In this document: positions 46,667 to 58,192 of the stretch, in pieces | Numbering within the stretch: position 1 is the stretch's first letter | Layout: each line of letters begins with the position of its first letter | Program-made: the position numbers and the translations under genes | From: Gammaproteobacteria bacterium | GTDB taxonomy: Bacteria; Pseudomonadota; Gammaproteobacteria; SZUA-140 | Direction of reading: 5' to 3' | Length of the DNA: 64,000 nt | Assembly: GCA_015488555.1 (NCBI GenBank) | Contig: WFNO01000122.1 | Coordinates: forward strand, 12,300-76,299 | Notes under the pieces: model-generated | Databases searched by the model: none | What the model was told of the DNA's origin: nothing | What the model saw: the letters and a program-made list of their open reading frames with translations, nothing else

Positions 46667-47082
46667 GTCTCCTCCCGGATCTCGAAATCGTGGTGAATCT
46701 CCACCGCCCGACCCAGCATGATGGAAGCCGAACAATATTTCTCGGCGCTGAGAGACACCGCCCGCGCCACCGCCGTCTCACTCAACCCCCGGCCCATGAC
46801 GACGAAATGCACGTGGATGTGCGTGAAAACCTTGGGCACAGTCTCGGCCCGCTGCGCCGTCAGCTCTACCACGCAATCGCGCACGGGTTGCCGCCCCTTG
46901 CGCAGGATCTGCACCACGTCGTAGGCTGTACAGCCGCCCAGCCCCAGCAACAGGAGTTCCATGGGACGCATGCCCAGGTTGCGCCCGCCCCCTTCCGGCG
47001 GGCCGTCGATCACCACTGCATGACCGCTGCCACTCTCACCCAGGAAGAGGGCCTGTTCCACCCATTTGACGCGTGCCTTCAT
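46663..47082 (-). CDS. OsmC/YhfA-family protein
   Basis: MKARVKW, RPMELLLLGLGGC, EKYCSASIML; divergent from crp as yhfA is. Confidence 0.94.
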   Translation of the reverse strand: MKARVKWVEQALFLGESGSGHAVVIDGPPEGGGRNLGMRPMELLLLGLGGCTAYDVVQILRKGRQPVRDCVVELTAQRAETVPKVFTHIHVHFVVMGRGLSETAVARAVSLSAEKYCSASIMLGRAVEIHHDFEIREET

Positions 47083-47275
47083 CAATCTCGCCCCGTTCGT
47101 GACCGGTTTCACAGAACGCCCCATCCGGCTTGCACCTGTGGGATCGCTCTGGTATGAGTGAAAACGGCCGGGGATTGTAGCGCATTCCGCGCCCCCGTGC
47201 AGCGTCCGTTCATGCCGGTATGATCAAGCGGGCAGGAGGCGCCTGTACCGGCAGGCCCCCGGCGACAGGGAATTC

Positions 47276-47291
47276 TGGCACGGATTTGGCT
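47276..47291 (+). promoter_or_regulatory. Candidate sigma54 promoter upstream of crp
   Basis: TGGCACG-GATT-TGGCT; correct GG-N10-GC spacing, one mismatch to TTGC. Confidence 0.45.
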
Positions 47292-47356
47292 TGATTTCCT
47301 TCGACCGAAGATCCCACCGGGTCCCCGACCCGAGCATCCAGAGACGAGGCAGTCAC

Positions 47357-47992
47357 ATGGCATACACCAAGAAACAGGTCGTCAACCCCGTCATTGAACG
47401 CTTTTTGCAGCACTGCCACCGCCGGCGCTACCCCGCCAAGAGCATCATCATCTACGCCGGTGACGCTCCGGATTCCCTATATTACATCATCGAGGGCTCC
47501 GTCACGGTGCTCATCGAGGACGACGACGGTCACGAGATCGTGCTGGCCTATCTCAACGCCGGCGACTTCTTCGGTGAGATGGGCCTGTTCGAACAGGGGG
47601 CCAGCCGCAGCGCCTGGATCCGGGCCCGCACCCAATGCGAACTGGCGGAGATCCACTACGAGAAATTCCGCGAACTGGCCGCCCGCAACAGTGACATCTT
47701 GTTCGAACTGGCGGGACAGATGGCGGTGCGCCTGCGGCGCACCAGCAGCATGGTGGGCCGCCTGGCCTTCATGGACGTGGCCGGACGAGTGGCCCGCACC
47801 CTGCTGGATCTGTGCAAGGAACCCGATGCCATGACCCACCCGGACGGCATGCAGATCCGCATCACGCGCCAAGAACTGGCGCGCATCGTGGGCTGCTCGC
47901 GGGAAATGGTGGGACGCGTGCTGAAGAACATGGAAGCCCAGAACCTGATCTCGGCCCGAGGCAAGACCATCGTGGTCTTCGGGGCCCGCTGA
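47357..47992 (+). CDS. crp: cAMP receptor protein Crp/Vfr
   Basis: [41 protein letters not shown]. Confidence 0.97.
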   Translation: MAYTKKQVVNPVIERFLQHCHRRRYPAKSIIIYAGDAPDSLYYIIEGSVTVLIEDDDGHEIVLAYLNAGDFFGEMGLFEQGASRSAWIRARTQCELAEIHYEKFRELAARNSDILFELAGQMAVRLRRTSSMVGRLAFMDVAGRVARTLLDLCKEPDAMTHPDGMQIRITRQELARIVGCSREMVGRVLKNMEAQNLISARGKTIVVFGAR

Positions 47993-48179
47993 CCGCAGGC
48001 GGCCGAGCCGTTTCCGCGGCCGCCGTCCTGTTGCTATCTGGACATTTCCGAACGGGGCCCTGCATGAAATTCCCGCGTGAAAGCCCAGACGGCCAACCCG
48101 ACACGATGATTCTGGCAACGCCTTGCCCGGATCGACAGGGTGTTGCTAACCTTGCTCGGATGCAACCCGTCCGTCTCTG

Positions 48180-49271
48180 GTGACTCGTTTGCCCCGGCCC
48201 CTCGCACTTCTCCCCTCCTTTCTCCGCGCCTGTGCCTGCCTGCCCGCCCTCCTGTCCCCGCCACTGGTAGTGGTACTGGTGGCCGTTGGTGCAGGACCTC
48301 CTGCCCAGGCCGCGGATCAAGAAACCAGCGGGGCGCCTCCTTGTCGCGGGCAGGCATGCGATACGCCGCCACCTCCCCGCCTGCTGGCGCTGATCGACAA
48401 GACCCATGCCGGCATCTCGCGCGGCCTGTCCTCGGCGGTCACCCGGGTGGACCGATTCTTCGCCACGGAGAACGTGTTCGAGGAAATCAATACCAGCTAT
48501 GCCCGGGTGCCCCTGGACATGATCCTGGAAGAGAACGGCGAATACGTGTTCAAGGCACGGATCAAGGGTAAGCTCGACCTGCCTCACGCCAAGCGCCGCT
48601 TCAAGTTGATCATCGAAAGCACCGTGGTGGAAGACCTCTCCGAGACCGCCCCGCTGGCCGAGACACCACCCCAGGCGCTGGTAGAGAACGACTATTTCCT
48701 GTCCCTGGAAGTACAGCTCAAGAAAACCGGTCGCTGGAAGATCCGCCCCGCCACCGGCGTCGAATTCCGCTGGCCACCCGACCTCTTCGGGCGCCTGCGG
48801 GCCATCCGTTATTTCGCGCTCGGGCGGCGCTGGCTGGGGCGCTTCTCGTCCACCGCCGTCTATCTCCTGGAAGCCGGTGCGGAAGTCGAGGCCAACCAGC
48901 AATTCAGTCGGGCCCTGCACAAAAACTTCCTGTTTCGCAGCCAGTCCAGCCTGAAATGGACACAGGAGAAGACCTATACCGAAGCGGCACAGACCTTTTC
49001 CGTCTATCAGCACCTCTCTCGCCAGGCCAATCTCGCCTATCACTTCGGCATCTTTGCCAACGACCAGGCCGGGCACTGGCAGGTCTCGCAACACCGCTTG
49101 TGGATGCGTTACCGGCGCCTGATGTACAAGGACTGGCTGTTCATGGACCTGATCCCGGAACTGCGCTTCCCGCACGGGGAAGACTACCGGCCCACCTACT
49201 ACCTCACCTTGCGTATCGAGCCCGTGTTCGGCACCGCCCTGCCCGTGGAGAAACTACGGCGCAGCAACTAG
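48180..49271 (+). CDS. Hypothetical exported protein, probable outer-membrane beta-barrel
   Basis: Signal-like N-terminus, VDRFFA helix, amphipathic beta strands, YRRLMYKDWLFMDLIPEL. Confidence 0.7.
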   Translation: MTRLPRPLALLPSFLRACACLPALLSPPLVVVLVAVGAGPPAQAADQETSGAPPCRGQACDTPPPPRLLALIDKTHAGISRGLSSAVTRVDRFFATENVFEEINTSYARVPLDMILEENGEYVFKARIKGKLDLPHAKRRFKLIIESTVVEDLSETAPLAETPPQALVENDYFLSLEVQLKKTGRWKIRPATGVEFRWPPDLFGRLRAIRYFALGRRWLGRFSSTAVYLLEAGAEVEANQQFSRALHKNFLFRSQSSLKWTQEKTYTEAAQTFSVYQHLSRQANLAYHFGIFANDQAGHWQVSQHRLWMRYRRLMYKDWLFMDLIPELRFPHGEDYRPTYYLTLRIEPVFGTALPVEKLRRSN

Positions 49272-49330
49272 CACCTATCTCGAAAATCCCCATAGCCGCA
49301 CGGAATTTCGAGACAGATTCTAGAACACCG

Positions 49331-50416
49331 TCAACCTCCATTTTCGCCCGCCGCTCGTGGCGGCACCACCCGCGGCCCCAGCATGACAGAGATCCAACGG
49401 GTATCTTCGTGGCTGTCCAGGGCGATCTTCACGGCGATAGTGAGGGGCACCGACAGCAGCATGCCCACCGGTCCCAACACCCAGCCCCAGAACACCAAGG
49501 AAAGAAACACCACCAAGGTGGAGAGCCCCAGTCCCTGGCCCATGTAGCGCGGCTCCAGGATGGTGCCCACCACGACGTTCACCACCACATAGCCCAAAAT
49601 CACCAGCAGGCTGCTGCCCACCCCCAACTGCACCAGGGCCAGCAACACCGCTGGCACAGCAGCGATAATGGATCCGATGTTGGGCACGAAATTGAGTAGA
49701 AAGGCCAAAGTCCCCCACAACAAGGGATAGTCCACCCCCAGCATCCATAGCCACGCTGCCACCAGGACACCCGTGGCCAGACTGGTGAGGGCCTTGATGC
49801 CCATGTAATGGTTGATCTTGTCCATGATCACCCGCAATCGTTGCAGCGAGGCCTCGGGTTCCCGGAAAGCCACCCGCCACTTGTCCGGCAGACTGGCCCC
49901 CTCCATGAGCAGAAAGATCACCGTGATCAAGATCAGGAAACCGTTGGTGAGTATGCTGCCCATGCCACTGATGATGCCGGTGACCATCTTCATGGCCCCC
50001 GCGGGATCGAAAAAATTGCTGCTGAAATCCGCTGGCAAAACGATTCCCTGCCGCTCCATCCACTGCAGGACGGCTAGGCCGCTGTCGTGCAGGCGCTCCT
50101 GATAGCGCGGCAGATTACGCATGAAGTCGTCCACCGAGCTGCCCACCAGCAAGGCCAGCAACAGGACGAAGACCAGGGAACCGCTCACCACCGCCAGCAA
50201 GGCCAGCACGTTGTGCACCCCCCGCTGGCGCAGCCAGTTGAGGGGCTGGGCGATGATGATGGCGATGAACAGCGCCAACAGAAAAGGCACCAACAATGGC
50301 GCCGCCGCCCGCATGCCGGCAATGATCACCACGATGGCGGCGCAAACAATCAACACTCGTTCCGCCGCTGGTAAGGAAGAACGTACAGTCATGTCTTTGT
50401 TACACCCTTGCTCCAT
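49331..50416 (-). CDS. AI-2E family transporter
   Basis: Multi-TM, FLLNFVPNIG, LEPRYMG, FWGWVLGPVGMLLSVPLT. Confidence 0.95.
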   Translation of the reverse strand: MEQGCNKDMTVRSSLPAAERVLIVCAAIVVIIAGMRAAAPLLVPFLLALFIAIIIAQPLNWLRQRGVHNVLALLAVVSGSLVFVLLLALLVGSSVDDFMRNLPRYQERLHDSGLAVLQWMERQGIVLPADFSSNFFDPAGAMKMVTGIISGMGSILTNGFLILITVIFLLMEGASLPDKWRVAFREPEASLQRLRVIMDKINHYMGIKALTSLATGVLVAAWLWMLGVDYPLLWGTLAFLLNFVPNIGSIIAAVPAVLLALVQLGVGSSLLVILGYVVVNVVVGTILEPRYMGQGLGLSTLVVFLSLVFWGWVLGPVGMLLSVPLTIAVKIALDSHEDTRWISVMLGPRVVPPRAAGENGG

Positions 50417-51457
50417 TCAGCGAAAACGCCGCCGCAGATTACGCAAGGAGAAATCATGATCGTCGATCCCGGCGTTCACCTCCGGCTCCTGGATCTGATA
50501 GTGCACGAAGACCTGCACGGGCTTTTTCTTGCGCCGCAGATCGAAGAGCCGTTCGATGCGGCTTTCCAACACCACGTCCAGGGAGGCCAACAACCACACC
50601 TCGTCGATCTGCTGCCACTTGTAGTCGGCCTTCTTCACCACGCGTCCCTTGGCGTCGTAATAATCCCGGTAGGTGAGCCGACAGGTTCCCCAGTCACCGG
50701 TGCGGACGTAATAGGAGAGATATTTGACATATCCCGGCTGCGGCAGGCGGGGACGGCTCTCCACTTCGTAAGTGATCTGCCCGTGGGCCTGGCGCACGTC
50801 CAGCAAGGTATGCGCATCTTCCTCCGGGCGGCGCAGGGACAGATCTTCATTGATGAGTCCCCAGTGCATGTTGTCCTGCTCCCCCAGGGACAGGCGGCGC
50901 ACCCGCTGCAGGCGCTTGCTGTAGACCCACTGTTCCGGCAGTTTCCCCGAGTCCCAGGTATAGGTGATGCGCAGGTAGTTGTTGTCCCGATACTCCGGCG
51001 GCGCGACCGCGAAGAGCATGAGCTTGTCCCATACGTCGTTGCGCCCCCGGTATTGCTTCCATAAATAGACGAATTCCAGTTTGCGGGTCACGCGCCCCTT
51101 CTGGTTGCGGATGGTGAACACGAGGCGGCCGCGCTGATCCGTCCCCCGCTCCTTGTAATAACAGCCTTCCAGGATCTGCGCGAGATCCGGCCGCACCGGC
51201 TCGGTGGATCGATCGCTGGATCGATCGGGGGAAGATTCCGAGAACGGCTCCACACCCTCGTCCCCGGGTGAGGAGGCGAGAAGCGGCATGGCAGATCGCT
51301 CCTCTTCTTTGTCCCGAGCCGGAGGAGAAGACTGCTCGGCAGTGCGGGCAGGCGCGGGCAGGAGCAGAGAGAACAATAGTGCGCAGAGGATGATGAACTC
51401 CTGAAGGGCACACCGGATCTCGCCCGCCCCTGCCCCCTGCCGCCGGACAACGATCAC
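50417..51457 (-). CDS. Outer-membrane lipoprotein-sorting (LolA-like fold) periplasmic protein
   Basis: Signal-like segment, QWVYSKRLQRVRRL, DYYDAKGRVVK, NAGIDDHDFSLRNL; start uncertain. Confidence 0.7.
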   Translation of the reverse strand: MIVVRRQGAGAGEIRCALQEFIILCALLFSLLLPAPARTAEQSSPPARDKEEERSAMPLLASSPGDEGVEPFSESSPDRSSDRSTEPVRPDLAQILEGCYYKERGTDQRGRLVFTIRNQKGRVTRKLEFVYLWKQYRGRNDVWDKLMLFAVAPPEYRDNNYLRITYTWDSGKLPEQWVYSKRLQRVRRLSLGEQDNMHWGLINEDLSLRRPEEDAHTLLDVRQAHGQITYEVESRPRLPQPGYVKYLSYYVRTGDWGTCRLTYRDYYDAKGRVVKKADYKWQQIDEVWLLASLDVVLESRIERLFDLRRKKKPVQVFVHYQIQEPEVNAGIDDHDFSLRNLRRRFR

Positions 51458-51466
51458 GAGACCGGT

Positions 51467-52324
51467 TCAGGCGAACAACTCGCGCAGCCGCGCGCCCGGA
51501 TCGGGGGCGCGCATGAAGGCCTCTCCCACCAGGAAGGCGTGCACCCCGTGCGCGCGCATACGCGCCACGTCCGCGCGGGTCAGGATGCCGCTCTCGGTCA
51601 CCACCAGGCGGCCCGGCGGAATGGCGGGCAGCAGCTCCAGGGTGGTCTCCAGGCGGGTCTCGAAACTGCGCAGGTCGCGGTTGTTGATGCCCAGCAGCAC
51701 ATCGGGCAGGGACAGCACCCGCTCCAGCTCGCCGCAGTCGTGGACCTCCACCAGCACGTCCAATCCCAGCTCGCGCGCCAGGCGGGCCAATTCCTGCAAG
51801 CGGGAATCGTCCAGGGCGGCGGCGATGAGCAGGATACAATCCGCACCCAGCCAGCACGCCTCGTAGACCTGATAGGGATGGACGATGAAGTCCTTGCGCA
51901 ATACCGGCAGGCGGCAGGCCTCCCGGGCCTGCCGGAGATGGCCGGCCTCTCCCTGAAAGAAATCCCGGTCGGTGAGCACGGACAGGCAGGTGGCACCGCC
52001 CCGTTCATAGGCCGCCGCCAGGGCGGCCGGATCGAACTGGGCCCGCAACAATCCCTTGCTGGGCGAGGCGCGTTTGATCTCGGCGATCACCGCCGGCCGG
52101 CCGGCCGCCAACGCGGTCTGCAAGGCGGTGGCGAAACCGCGCACCGGCGGTGCCTGGGAAAGTTCCGCGCGCAAACGGGCCAGCGGCCGTAGGCGCTGGC
52201 ACTCGGCCACCTCTTCGGCCTTGCGCCGCAGGATCTTCTGCAGGATGTCCGGAGGATGCGCCGCTGCCGCCGTCCCGGTGCCGCCGGAAGTGGAATCGGA
52301 AGTGGAACCGAAAGTGGATGTCAT
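51467..52324 (-). CDS. trpC: Indole-3-glycerol phosphate synthase
   Basis: [35 protein letters not shown]. Confidence 0.98.
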   Translation of the reverse strand: MTSTFGSTSDSTSGGTGTAAAAHPPDILQKILRRKAEEVAECQRLRPLARLRAELSQAPPVRGFATALQTALAAGRPAVIAEIKRASPSKGLLRAQFDPAALAAAYERGGATCLSVLTDRDFFQGEAGHLRQAREACRLPVLRKDFIVHPYQVYEACWLGADCILLIAAALDDSRLQELARLARELGLDVLVEVHDCGELERVLSLPDVLLGINNRDLRSFETRLETTLELLPAIPPGRLVVTESGILTRADVARMRAHGVHAFLVGEAFMRAPDPGARLRELFA

Positions 52325-53358
52325 CGCGCCCCCTGTCGCCCGCCCAGCGCCCGGGTCAGATCCACCAAGGAGTGGAGCTTGTCGGCCGCCGCGCCGCTGG
52401 CCAGCACGTCCCGGGCCTGTTCCACGCCGCTGGCCAGGCTCTCCGCCACGCCGGCGGCATAGAGCGCGGCACCGGCATTGAGGGCCACCACATCGGCCGC
52501 CGGCCCCTCGTCCCCGGACAGGACCTGGCGCATGCGCTCCAGGCTCTGGGTCGCATCCGCCACCACCAGGTCCCGCAGATCCCCGCGCATCAGGCCGAAC
52601 TGTTCGGGCGTGATGGTGTAGCGGCGTACCTCACCGTCGCACAGTTCCGCCACCTGCGTGGGGGCGGCGATGCTGATCTCGTCCAGGCCGTCTTCGGCAT
52701 GCACCACCAGCACATGGCGACTGCCCAGGCGCTCCAGCACCCGGGCCAGGGGCTCCAGCCAGCGGTCGTCGAACACTCCGACCACTTGATGGGGCGCACC
52801 GGCCGGATTGGTGAGCGGCCCCAGCAGATTGAAGATGGTCCGCACGCCCATCTCGCGCCGGGGGCCGATGGCGTGTTTCATGGCCCCGTGGTGCAGGGGC
52901 GCGAACATGAAACCCACGCCCACTTCCTCGATGCAGCGGGCCACCTGTTCCGGGCCCAGCTCCAGACACACCCCGGCGGCCTCCAGGACGTCGGCGCTGC
53001 CGGACCTGCTGGAGACGGAACGGTTGCCGTGTTTGGCCACCCGGGCCCCGCCGGCCGCAGCCACGAAGGCGCTGGCGGTGGAGATGTTGAAGGTCTCCGC
53101 CCCGTCACCACCGGTACCACAGGTGTCCACCAGGCGTTCCACGGACAACCGCACCGGGGTGGCCAGTTCGCGCATGACGCGGGCGGCGGCGGCGATCTCC
53201 TCCACGGTCTCGCCCTTCATGCGCAGGCCCACTAGGAAACCGCCGATCTGGGCTGGGGTGGCCTCGCCGCCCATGATGGCCCGCATCACCTCGGTCATCT
53301 CTGCCGCCGTGAGGTCGCGGCCCTCGGTCACGGCCCGTATGGCTTGTTGGACGTTCAT
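52321..53358 (-). CDS. trpD: Anthranilate phosphoribosyltransferase
   Basis: [29 protein letters not shown]. Confidence 0.98.
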   Translation of the reverse strand: MNVQQAIRAVTEGRDLTAAEMTEVMRAIMGGEATPAQIGGFLVGLRMKGETVEEIAAAARVMRELATPVRLSVERLVDTCGTGGDGAETFNISTASAFVAAAGGARVAKHGNRSVSSRSGSADVLEAAGVCLELGPEQVARCIEEVGVGFMFAPLHHGAMKHAIGPRREMGVRTIFNLLGPLTNPAGAPHQVVGVFDDRWLEPLARVLERLGSRHVLVVHAEDGLDEISIAAPTQVAELCDGEVRRYTITPEQFGLMRGDLRDLVVADATQSLERMRQVLSGDEGPAADVVALNAGAALYAAGVAESLASGVEQARDVLASGAAADKLHSLVDLTRALGGRQGAR

Positions 53359-53981
53359 GCGCGTTGCTCGGGAGTGTGCGGGCCTTTGCCCGTATCTTCC
53401 GCATTATACTCCAAAAAATTTCTCAGCAGCGCGTGCCCGTATTGGGTGAGGATGGACTCCGGATGGAACTGCACCCCCTCCACCGCCAGTGTGCGGTGGC
53501 GTACGCCCATGATCTCGTCCAGGCCGCCGTCCTCGCGTTCCGTCCAGGCGGTGATCTCCAGGCATTCCGGCAGACTGTCCTGCTCCAGCACCAGGGAATG
53601 ATAGCGGGTCGCCTCGAAGGGACTGGGCAGGCCGCGGAACACTCCCCGTCCCTGGTGATGGATGAGGGAGGTCTTGCCGTGCATCACCTGCCGCGCGCGC
53701 ACCACACGGCCGCCGAAGGCCTGGCCGATGCTCTGATGTCCCAGGCACACGCCGAGGATGGGCACGCGGCCGGCGAACTCGCGAATCACCGCCAGTGAGA
53801 TTCCCGCCTCGTTGGGAGTACAGGGCCCGGGCGAGATGACGATGTGACGCGGCGCCAGGGCATGGATGTCCGGCAGGTCGATACGGTCGTTGCGATAGAC
53901 CTGCACCTCCACCCCCAGCTCGCCCAGATACTGGACCAGGTTGTAGGTAAAAGAATCGTAATTGTCGATCATGAGGACCAT
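53355..53981 (-). CDS. trpG: Anthranilate synthase component II (glutamine amidotransferase)
   Basis: [31 protein letters not shown]; start 53981 or GTG 53996. Confidence 0.96.
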   Translation of the reverse strand: MVLMIDNYDSFTYNLVQYLGELGVEVQVYRNDRIDLPDIHALAPRHIVISPGPCTPNEAGISLAVIREFAGRVPILGVCLGHQSIGQAFGGRVVRARQVMHGKTSLIHHQGRGVFRGLPSPFEATRYHSLVLEQDSLPECLEITAWTEREDGGLDEIMGVRHRTLAVEGVQFHPESILTQYGHALLRNFLEYNAEDTGKGPHTPEQRA

Positions 53982-53992
53982 GGCCCGATCGC

Positions 53993-55537
53993 TCACCCCC
54001 CCGTGCCTCCGTTGCCAGTGCCGGCCCCGCCGCTGGACGGCGCCGGGACGGTGTCCAACTCGAGCCCGGCGGCGGCCAGGGCCGCGGCCCGGAACATGGC
54101 ACGCCCCTTGTTCAGGGTCTCTTCCCATTCCCGCGCCGGGATGGAATCGGCGACGATACCGGCGCCGGCCTGGATGTGGAGCCAGCCGTCCTTGATCACG
54201 GCGGTGCGGATGGCGATGGCGGTGTCCATGTTACCGTGCCAGCCCAGATAACCCACGGCCCCGGCGTAGATGCCCCGCCTGACGGGTTCCAGTTCATCGA
54301 TGATCTCCATGGCGCGGATCTTGGGGGCGCCGCTCACAGTGCCGGCCGGGAAGGTGGCGCGCAGCACGTCCATGGCACTGAGGCCGGACCGCAGGCGACC
54401 GGTCACGTTGGAGACGATGTGCATGACGTGGGAATAGCGCTCGATGACCATCTGCTCGGTCACGGCCACACTGCCCACTTCCGCCACCCGGCCCACGTCG
54501 TTGCGCCCCAGATCGATGAGCATGAGGTGTTCGGCGCGCTCCTTGGGGTCGGCCAGCAATTCCTCCTCCAGCCGCCGGTCCTCGGCCTCGTCGCGGCCGC
54601 GTGGGCGGGTGCCGGCGATGGGGCGGACGGTCACCAGACCGTGTTCCAGGTGTACCAGGATCTCGGGCGAAGAACCCACCACGTGGCAATCTCCCAGGTG
54701 CAGATAATACATGTAGGGAGAAGGGTTGAGGCCGCGCAGGGCGCGGTACAGATCCAGGGGCGGGGCGGTGAAGGGCAGGCTCATGCGTTGGGCGAGCACC
54801 ACCTGCATGACGTCTCCCGCGGCGATGTAGTCGCGGATACGCTCAACGGCCGCCTCGAAATCGGGACGGCTGAATCCAGAGACGAAGTCGGACTCGCGCA
54901 CCTGCACCCGGGCGGCGGGCGGCGGGGCTTGCAGGGGGCGGGTCAAGGCCTCTTGCAAGGCATCCAGGCGGCTGCAGGCCTGTTCCCAGCCTTGCGGGTT
55001 GCGGGCGTCGGCATGGACGATGAGATAGAGCCGACCGCGCAGGTTGTCGAACACCGCCACCTCCTCGGACAGCAACAGCAGGATGTCCGGCGTCTCCAGG
55101 GGGTCGAGCTTGTCCGCGGACGCCAGCCGCGGTTCGATGTAACGTATGGTGTCGTAGGCGAAATACCCCACCAGTCCGCCGGAGAAGCGCGGCAGTTCGG
55201 GATAGGCCGCTACCCGGAACCCCGCCAGCCACTCCTCGATCCAGGCCAGGGGATCATCGTGCCGGAGGCGTTCCACCACGACCCCGTCCCGCTCCAGCTC
55301 GATCCGCGGGCCGCGCACCCGCAACACGGTGCGGGACGACAGACCGATGATGGAATAACGGCCCCATTTCTCCCCGCCCTGGACGGACTCCAGCAGATAG
55401 GAATACGGCCCCCCGGCGAGCTTGAGATAGACGCTCAGGGGGGTGTCCAGATCTGCCAGCACCTCGCGCATCACCGGCACGTGGGTATACCCTTGGCGTA
55501 CCAGCTCCTCGAAATGCGCCCGCGCCGGCAGGACCAT
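53993..55537 (-). CDS. trpE: Anthranilate synthase component I
   Basis: [40 protein letters not shown]. Confidence 0.98.
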   Translation of the reverse strand: MVLPARAHFEELVRQGYTHVPVMREVLADLDTPLSVYLKLAGGPYSYLLESVQGGEKWGRYSIIGLSSRTVLRVRGPRIELERDGVVVERLRHDDPLAWIEEWLAGFRVAAYPELPRFSGGLVGYFAYDTIRYIEPRLASADKLDPLETPDILLLLSEEVAVFDNLRGRLYLIVHADARNPQGWEQACSRLDALQEALTRPLQAPPPAARVQVRESDFVSGFSRPDFEAAVERIRDYIAAGDVMQVVLAQRMSLPFTAPPLDLYRALRGLNPSPYMYYLHLGDCHVVGSSPEILVHLEHGLVTVRPIAGTRPRGRDEAEDRRLEEELLADPKERAEHLMLIDLGRNDVGRVAEVGSVAVTEQMVIERYSHVMHIVSNVTGRLRSGLSAMDVLRATFPAGTVSGAPKIRAMEIIDELEPVRRGIYAGAVGYLGWHGNMDTAIAIRTAVIKDGWLHIQAGAGIVADSIPAREWEETLNKGRAMFRAAALAAAGLELDTVPAPSSGGAGTGNGGTGG

Positions 55538-55539
55538 CT

Positions 55540-56271
55540 CTATCCACCCCGTTCCGCGACCCAGTCCGCATCCGCTGCATCCCGGGGGGCCAGCAGATTC
55601 GGCAGTTGCGCCAGAGAATCGACGACCGCATCGGGCCGTGCCTCGCGGATGTCCTGGCCGTGGTTGTAACCATAGGGCACGCAGACTACGCGGAAACCGG
55701 CGGCGCGCGCCGCCTGCACGTCGTTGATGGAATCACCCACCATGAGGGCGTGTTGCGGCGCCACGCCGAAGAAGCAGGCCGCATGGAGCAAGGGCGCCGG
55801 ATCCGGTTTCTTGCGCGGCAGGGTGTCTCCGCTGACCACGAGGCGAAAATAGCGGTCCAGGCCCAGTTGCTCCAGCAGCGGCTCCGTGAAACGCGCCGGT
55901 TTGTTGGTGACACAGGCCAGGGGATAACCCGCCGCCTCCAGTGCCTTCAGGCCCGCCTCGACACCCGGGAAAGGGCGGCTGCGCCGACATACGTTTTCCT
56001 GATAGGCTTGCAGGAATATGGGGTAACCCCGCTGGAACAGTTCTTCGGGCGGCTCGCCCTCGTAACGCCCCACCAGGGCCCGGCGCACCAGGCGCTCGGC
56101 ACCGTTGCCGATCCACTCCCGCACCCGCGCTTCCGGATGCGGTGGCATACCCAAGGCCCGCAGCATCGCATTGACGGCATCCGCCAGGTCAGGCACCGTG
56201 TCCACCAGCGTGCCGTCCAGGTCGATGAGGATCATCTCCGGCGCAGGCAGCCGGACAGACCCCCGGTTCAT
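55540..56271 (-). CDS. gph: Phosphoglycolate phosphatase
   Basis: [24 protein letters not shown]; rpe-gph-trpE synteny. Confidence 0.96.
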   Translation of the reverse strand: MNRGSVRLPAPEMILIDLDGTLVDTVPDLADAVNAMLRALGMPPHPEARVREWIGNGAERLVRRALVGRYEGEPPEELFQRGYPIFLQAYQENVCRRSRPFPGVEAGLKALEAAGYPLACVTNKPARFTEPLLEQLGLDRYFRLVVSGDTLPRKKPDPAPLLHAACFFGVAPQHALMVGDSINDVQAARAAGFRVVCVPYGYNHGQDIREARPDAVVDSLAQLPNLLAPRDAADADWVAERGG

Positions 56272-56948
56272 CCCGCAGGCACCTTGGCCAGCTCCGCTCG
56301 CATAGCGGCGATGGTGGCCCGATAGTCGTCGGTGCCGAAAATGGCGGAACCGGCCACGAAGGTATCGGCACCGGCCTCGGCGATGGCCTGGATGTTGTCG
56401 ACCTTGACCCCGCCGTCGATCTCCAGCCGGATGTCCAGACCGCTGTCGTCGATGAGACGGCGCGCCTCGCGCAGTTTGTCCAGCGCCGAAGGGATGAAAC
56501 TCTGGCCGCCGAAACCGGGGTTCACCGACATCAGCAACACCATGTCCACCTTGTCCATCACGTAGCGCAGATAATCCAGGGGAGTGGCCGGATTGAACAC
56601 CAGGCCGGACTTGCAGCCACAGTCGCGGATGAGCTGCAGGGTGCGGTCGATGTGCTCGCTGGCCTCGGGATGAAATGTGATATACGTGGCCCCAGCCTTG
56701 GCGAAGTCGGGAATGATACGATCCACTGGCTTGACCATGAGATGTACGTCGATGTCAGCCTCTACTCCGTGCTTGCGCAGGGCCTCGCACACCAACGGCC
56801 CGATGGTGAGATTGGGCACGTAATGGTTGTCCATGACATCGAAGTGGATGATGTCGGCGCCCGCTTCCAGCACGGCGTTCACCTCCTCTCCCAGGCGGGC
56901 GAAATCCGCGGACAGAATGGACGGCGCAATGAGATAGTCTTTCTTCAT
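56268..56948 (-). CDS. rpe: Ribulose-phosphate 3-epimerase
   Basis: [39 protein letters not shown]. Confidence 0.98.
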   Translation of the reverse strand: MKKDYLIAPSILSADFARLGEEVNAVLEAGADIIHFDVMDNHYVPNLTIGPLVCEALRKHGVEADIDVHLMVKPVDRIIPDFAKAGATYITFHPEASEHIDRTLQLIRDCGCKSGLVFNPATPLDYLRYVMDKVDMVLLMSVNPGFGGQSFIPSALDKLREARRLIDDSGLDIRLEIDGGVKVDNIQAIAEAGADTFVAGSAIFGTDDYRATIAAMRAELAKVPAG

Positions 56949-57043
56949 GTCAGCCCCCAGCGTCACTTTGGCGTCACTTTCGAGTTCGAAAACAAGCGGA
57001 TAACTTTAACCTATCGGACAGCGCTTTGCACGGCCGCCCTTAA

Positions 57044-57184
57044 CCGGCTGTTGAAATTCTACTCACGCGACGCGATCCGGTGTTAAAAATGGCCTCGAAA
57101 TGCTCATTTACCATTTGTAAACTGCGCTTTTTCAGCCATTTTCGCCTTGTCTCGCACTCGCCTGAGCGAATTTCAACAAGCCTG
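57044..57184. repeat. MITE/ERIC-like repeat, copy 3
   Basis: CCGGCTGTTGAAATTC ... GAATTTCAACAAGCCTG with the same body as copies 1 and 2. Confidence 0.9.
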
Positions 57185-57219
57185 TCAAGCGGGGCGGGGT
57201 TCATGCCGACAAACGGGAC

Positions 57220-58110
57220 ATGAAGTCGCGCCCGTACGTCTTGTTGTTGCTGTCGGCTGCGGCGGCCGGTTCGCTGCCGGCCGCCGCAGCCACACCAGCG
57301 CCACCCGCCACGGATCCGGCACCTGCGGCGACTCCCTCTTCCGAACGGCCACCTGCAACCGCACCGGAAGAAGTACTGGCAAGGCTGCTCGCAGGCCGGC
57401 TGGCGCCCGGTACGGAACTGCTGTGGCTGGAAGGGGACGGCGGCCGTCATCTGGCGCTGCTACGCCCAGCCGCCCGCGCCCGGCCGCAGGGCAACGTCCT
57501 GCTGCTGCCCGGCCGCAGCGGACAGCCGGCCTGGCCCGAAGTCGTGAGACCTCTACTATGGACGTTGTCCCGTTACGGCTGGAACGTGCTGGCCCCCTAT
57601 CTGCCCCTGCCGCCGGACGATCCCGAGGACCGCGAGGATTGGTTACTGGACATCGAGCAGCGCCTGGACGCCGCCCGCACCCATCTCGCCGGCCTCAGGG
57701 CCGACGGCCCTCTGGTGGCTGTGGGTTACGAACACGGTGCGGCCATCGCCCAGCACTACGCGCAGCGCCGCCCCCAGGCCCTGCACGCTTTGGCCGCCAT
57801 CAGCCCCATGCCGCTGCTGGGCGAGGACCATCTGCCCCTGCCCGTTCTACCCCTACTGGACATGCACGGCACACTCGAGTTACCTCACATCCAGGCCTTG
57901 GTGGCAAAGCGCGCCTTGCATGCCCGGCGCCAGGGACGTTTCTCGCCGGGCGCCCATCCCTCTTATCGGCTGATCACCATCGCCGGTGCGGAACACGGGT
58001 ACCGAGGCTTCGAGGCCGAGCTGGGCAAGCGCCTGCTGGGCTGGCTGCGCAGTCAGACGGAAGCGAACGGACCCATCACGCACTCGCCGATCACAGATCC
58101 AGGGCCTTAA
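57220..58110 (+). CDS. Exported alpha/beta-hydrolase-fold protein (DUF3530-like)
   Basis: Signal peptide, VLLLPG..P.WP.V.PL...L..YGW, VAVGYEHGA elbow lacking Ser, PLLD, GWL. Confidence 0.7.
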   Translation: MKSRPYVLLLLSAAAAGSLPAAAATPAPPATDPAPAATPSSERPPATAPEEVLARLLAGRLAPGTELLWLEGDGGRHLALLRPAARARPQGNVLLLPGRSGQPAWPEVVRPLLWTLSRYGWNVLAPYLPLPPDDPEDREDWLLDIEQRLDAARTHLAGLRADGPLVAVGYEHGAAIAQHYAQRRPQALHALAAISPMPLLGEDHLPLPVLPLLDMHGTLELPHIQALVAKRALHARRQGRFSPGAHPSYRLITIAGAEHGYRGFEAELGKRLLGWLRSQTEANGPITHSPITDPGP

Positions 58111-58146
58111 GTCCTGCGAAAACCTGTCCCCATCCCGAAAAAGACA

Positions 58147-58167
58147 GAGGGGCCATCAGGGCCCCTC
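58147..58167 (-). terminator. Hairpin, likely terminator of the ACIII operon
   Basis: GAGGGGCC-N5-GGCCCCTC followed on the minus strand by TGTCTTTTT; lies between convergent genes. Confidence 0.6.
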
Positions 58168-58192
58168 CATCAGCTTGGTCAGCCTTTTTTCT

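Noticed and set aside
54176..55669. 497-aa plus-strand ORF
   Set aside because: Antisense shadow of trpE
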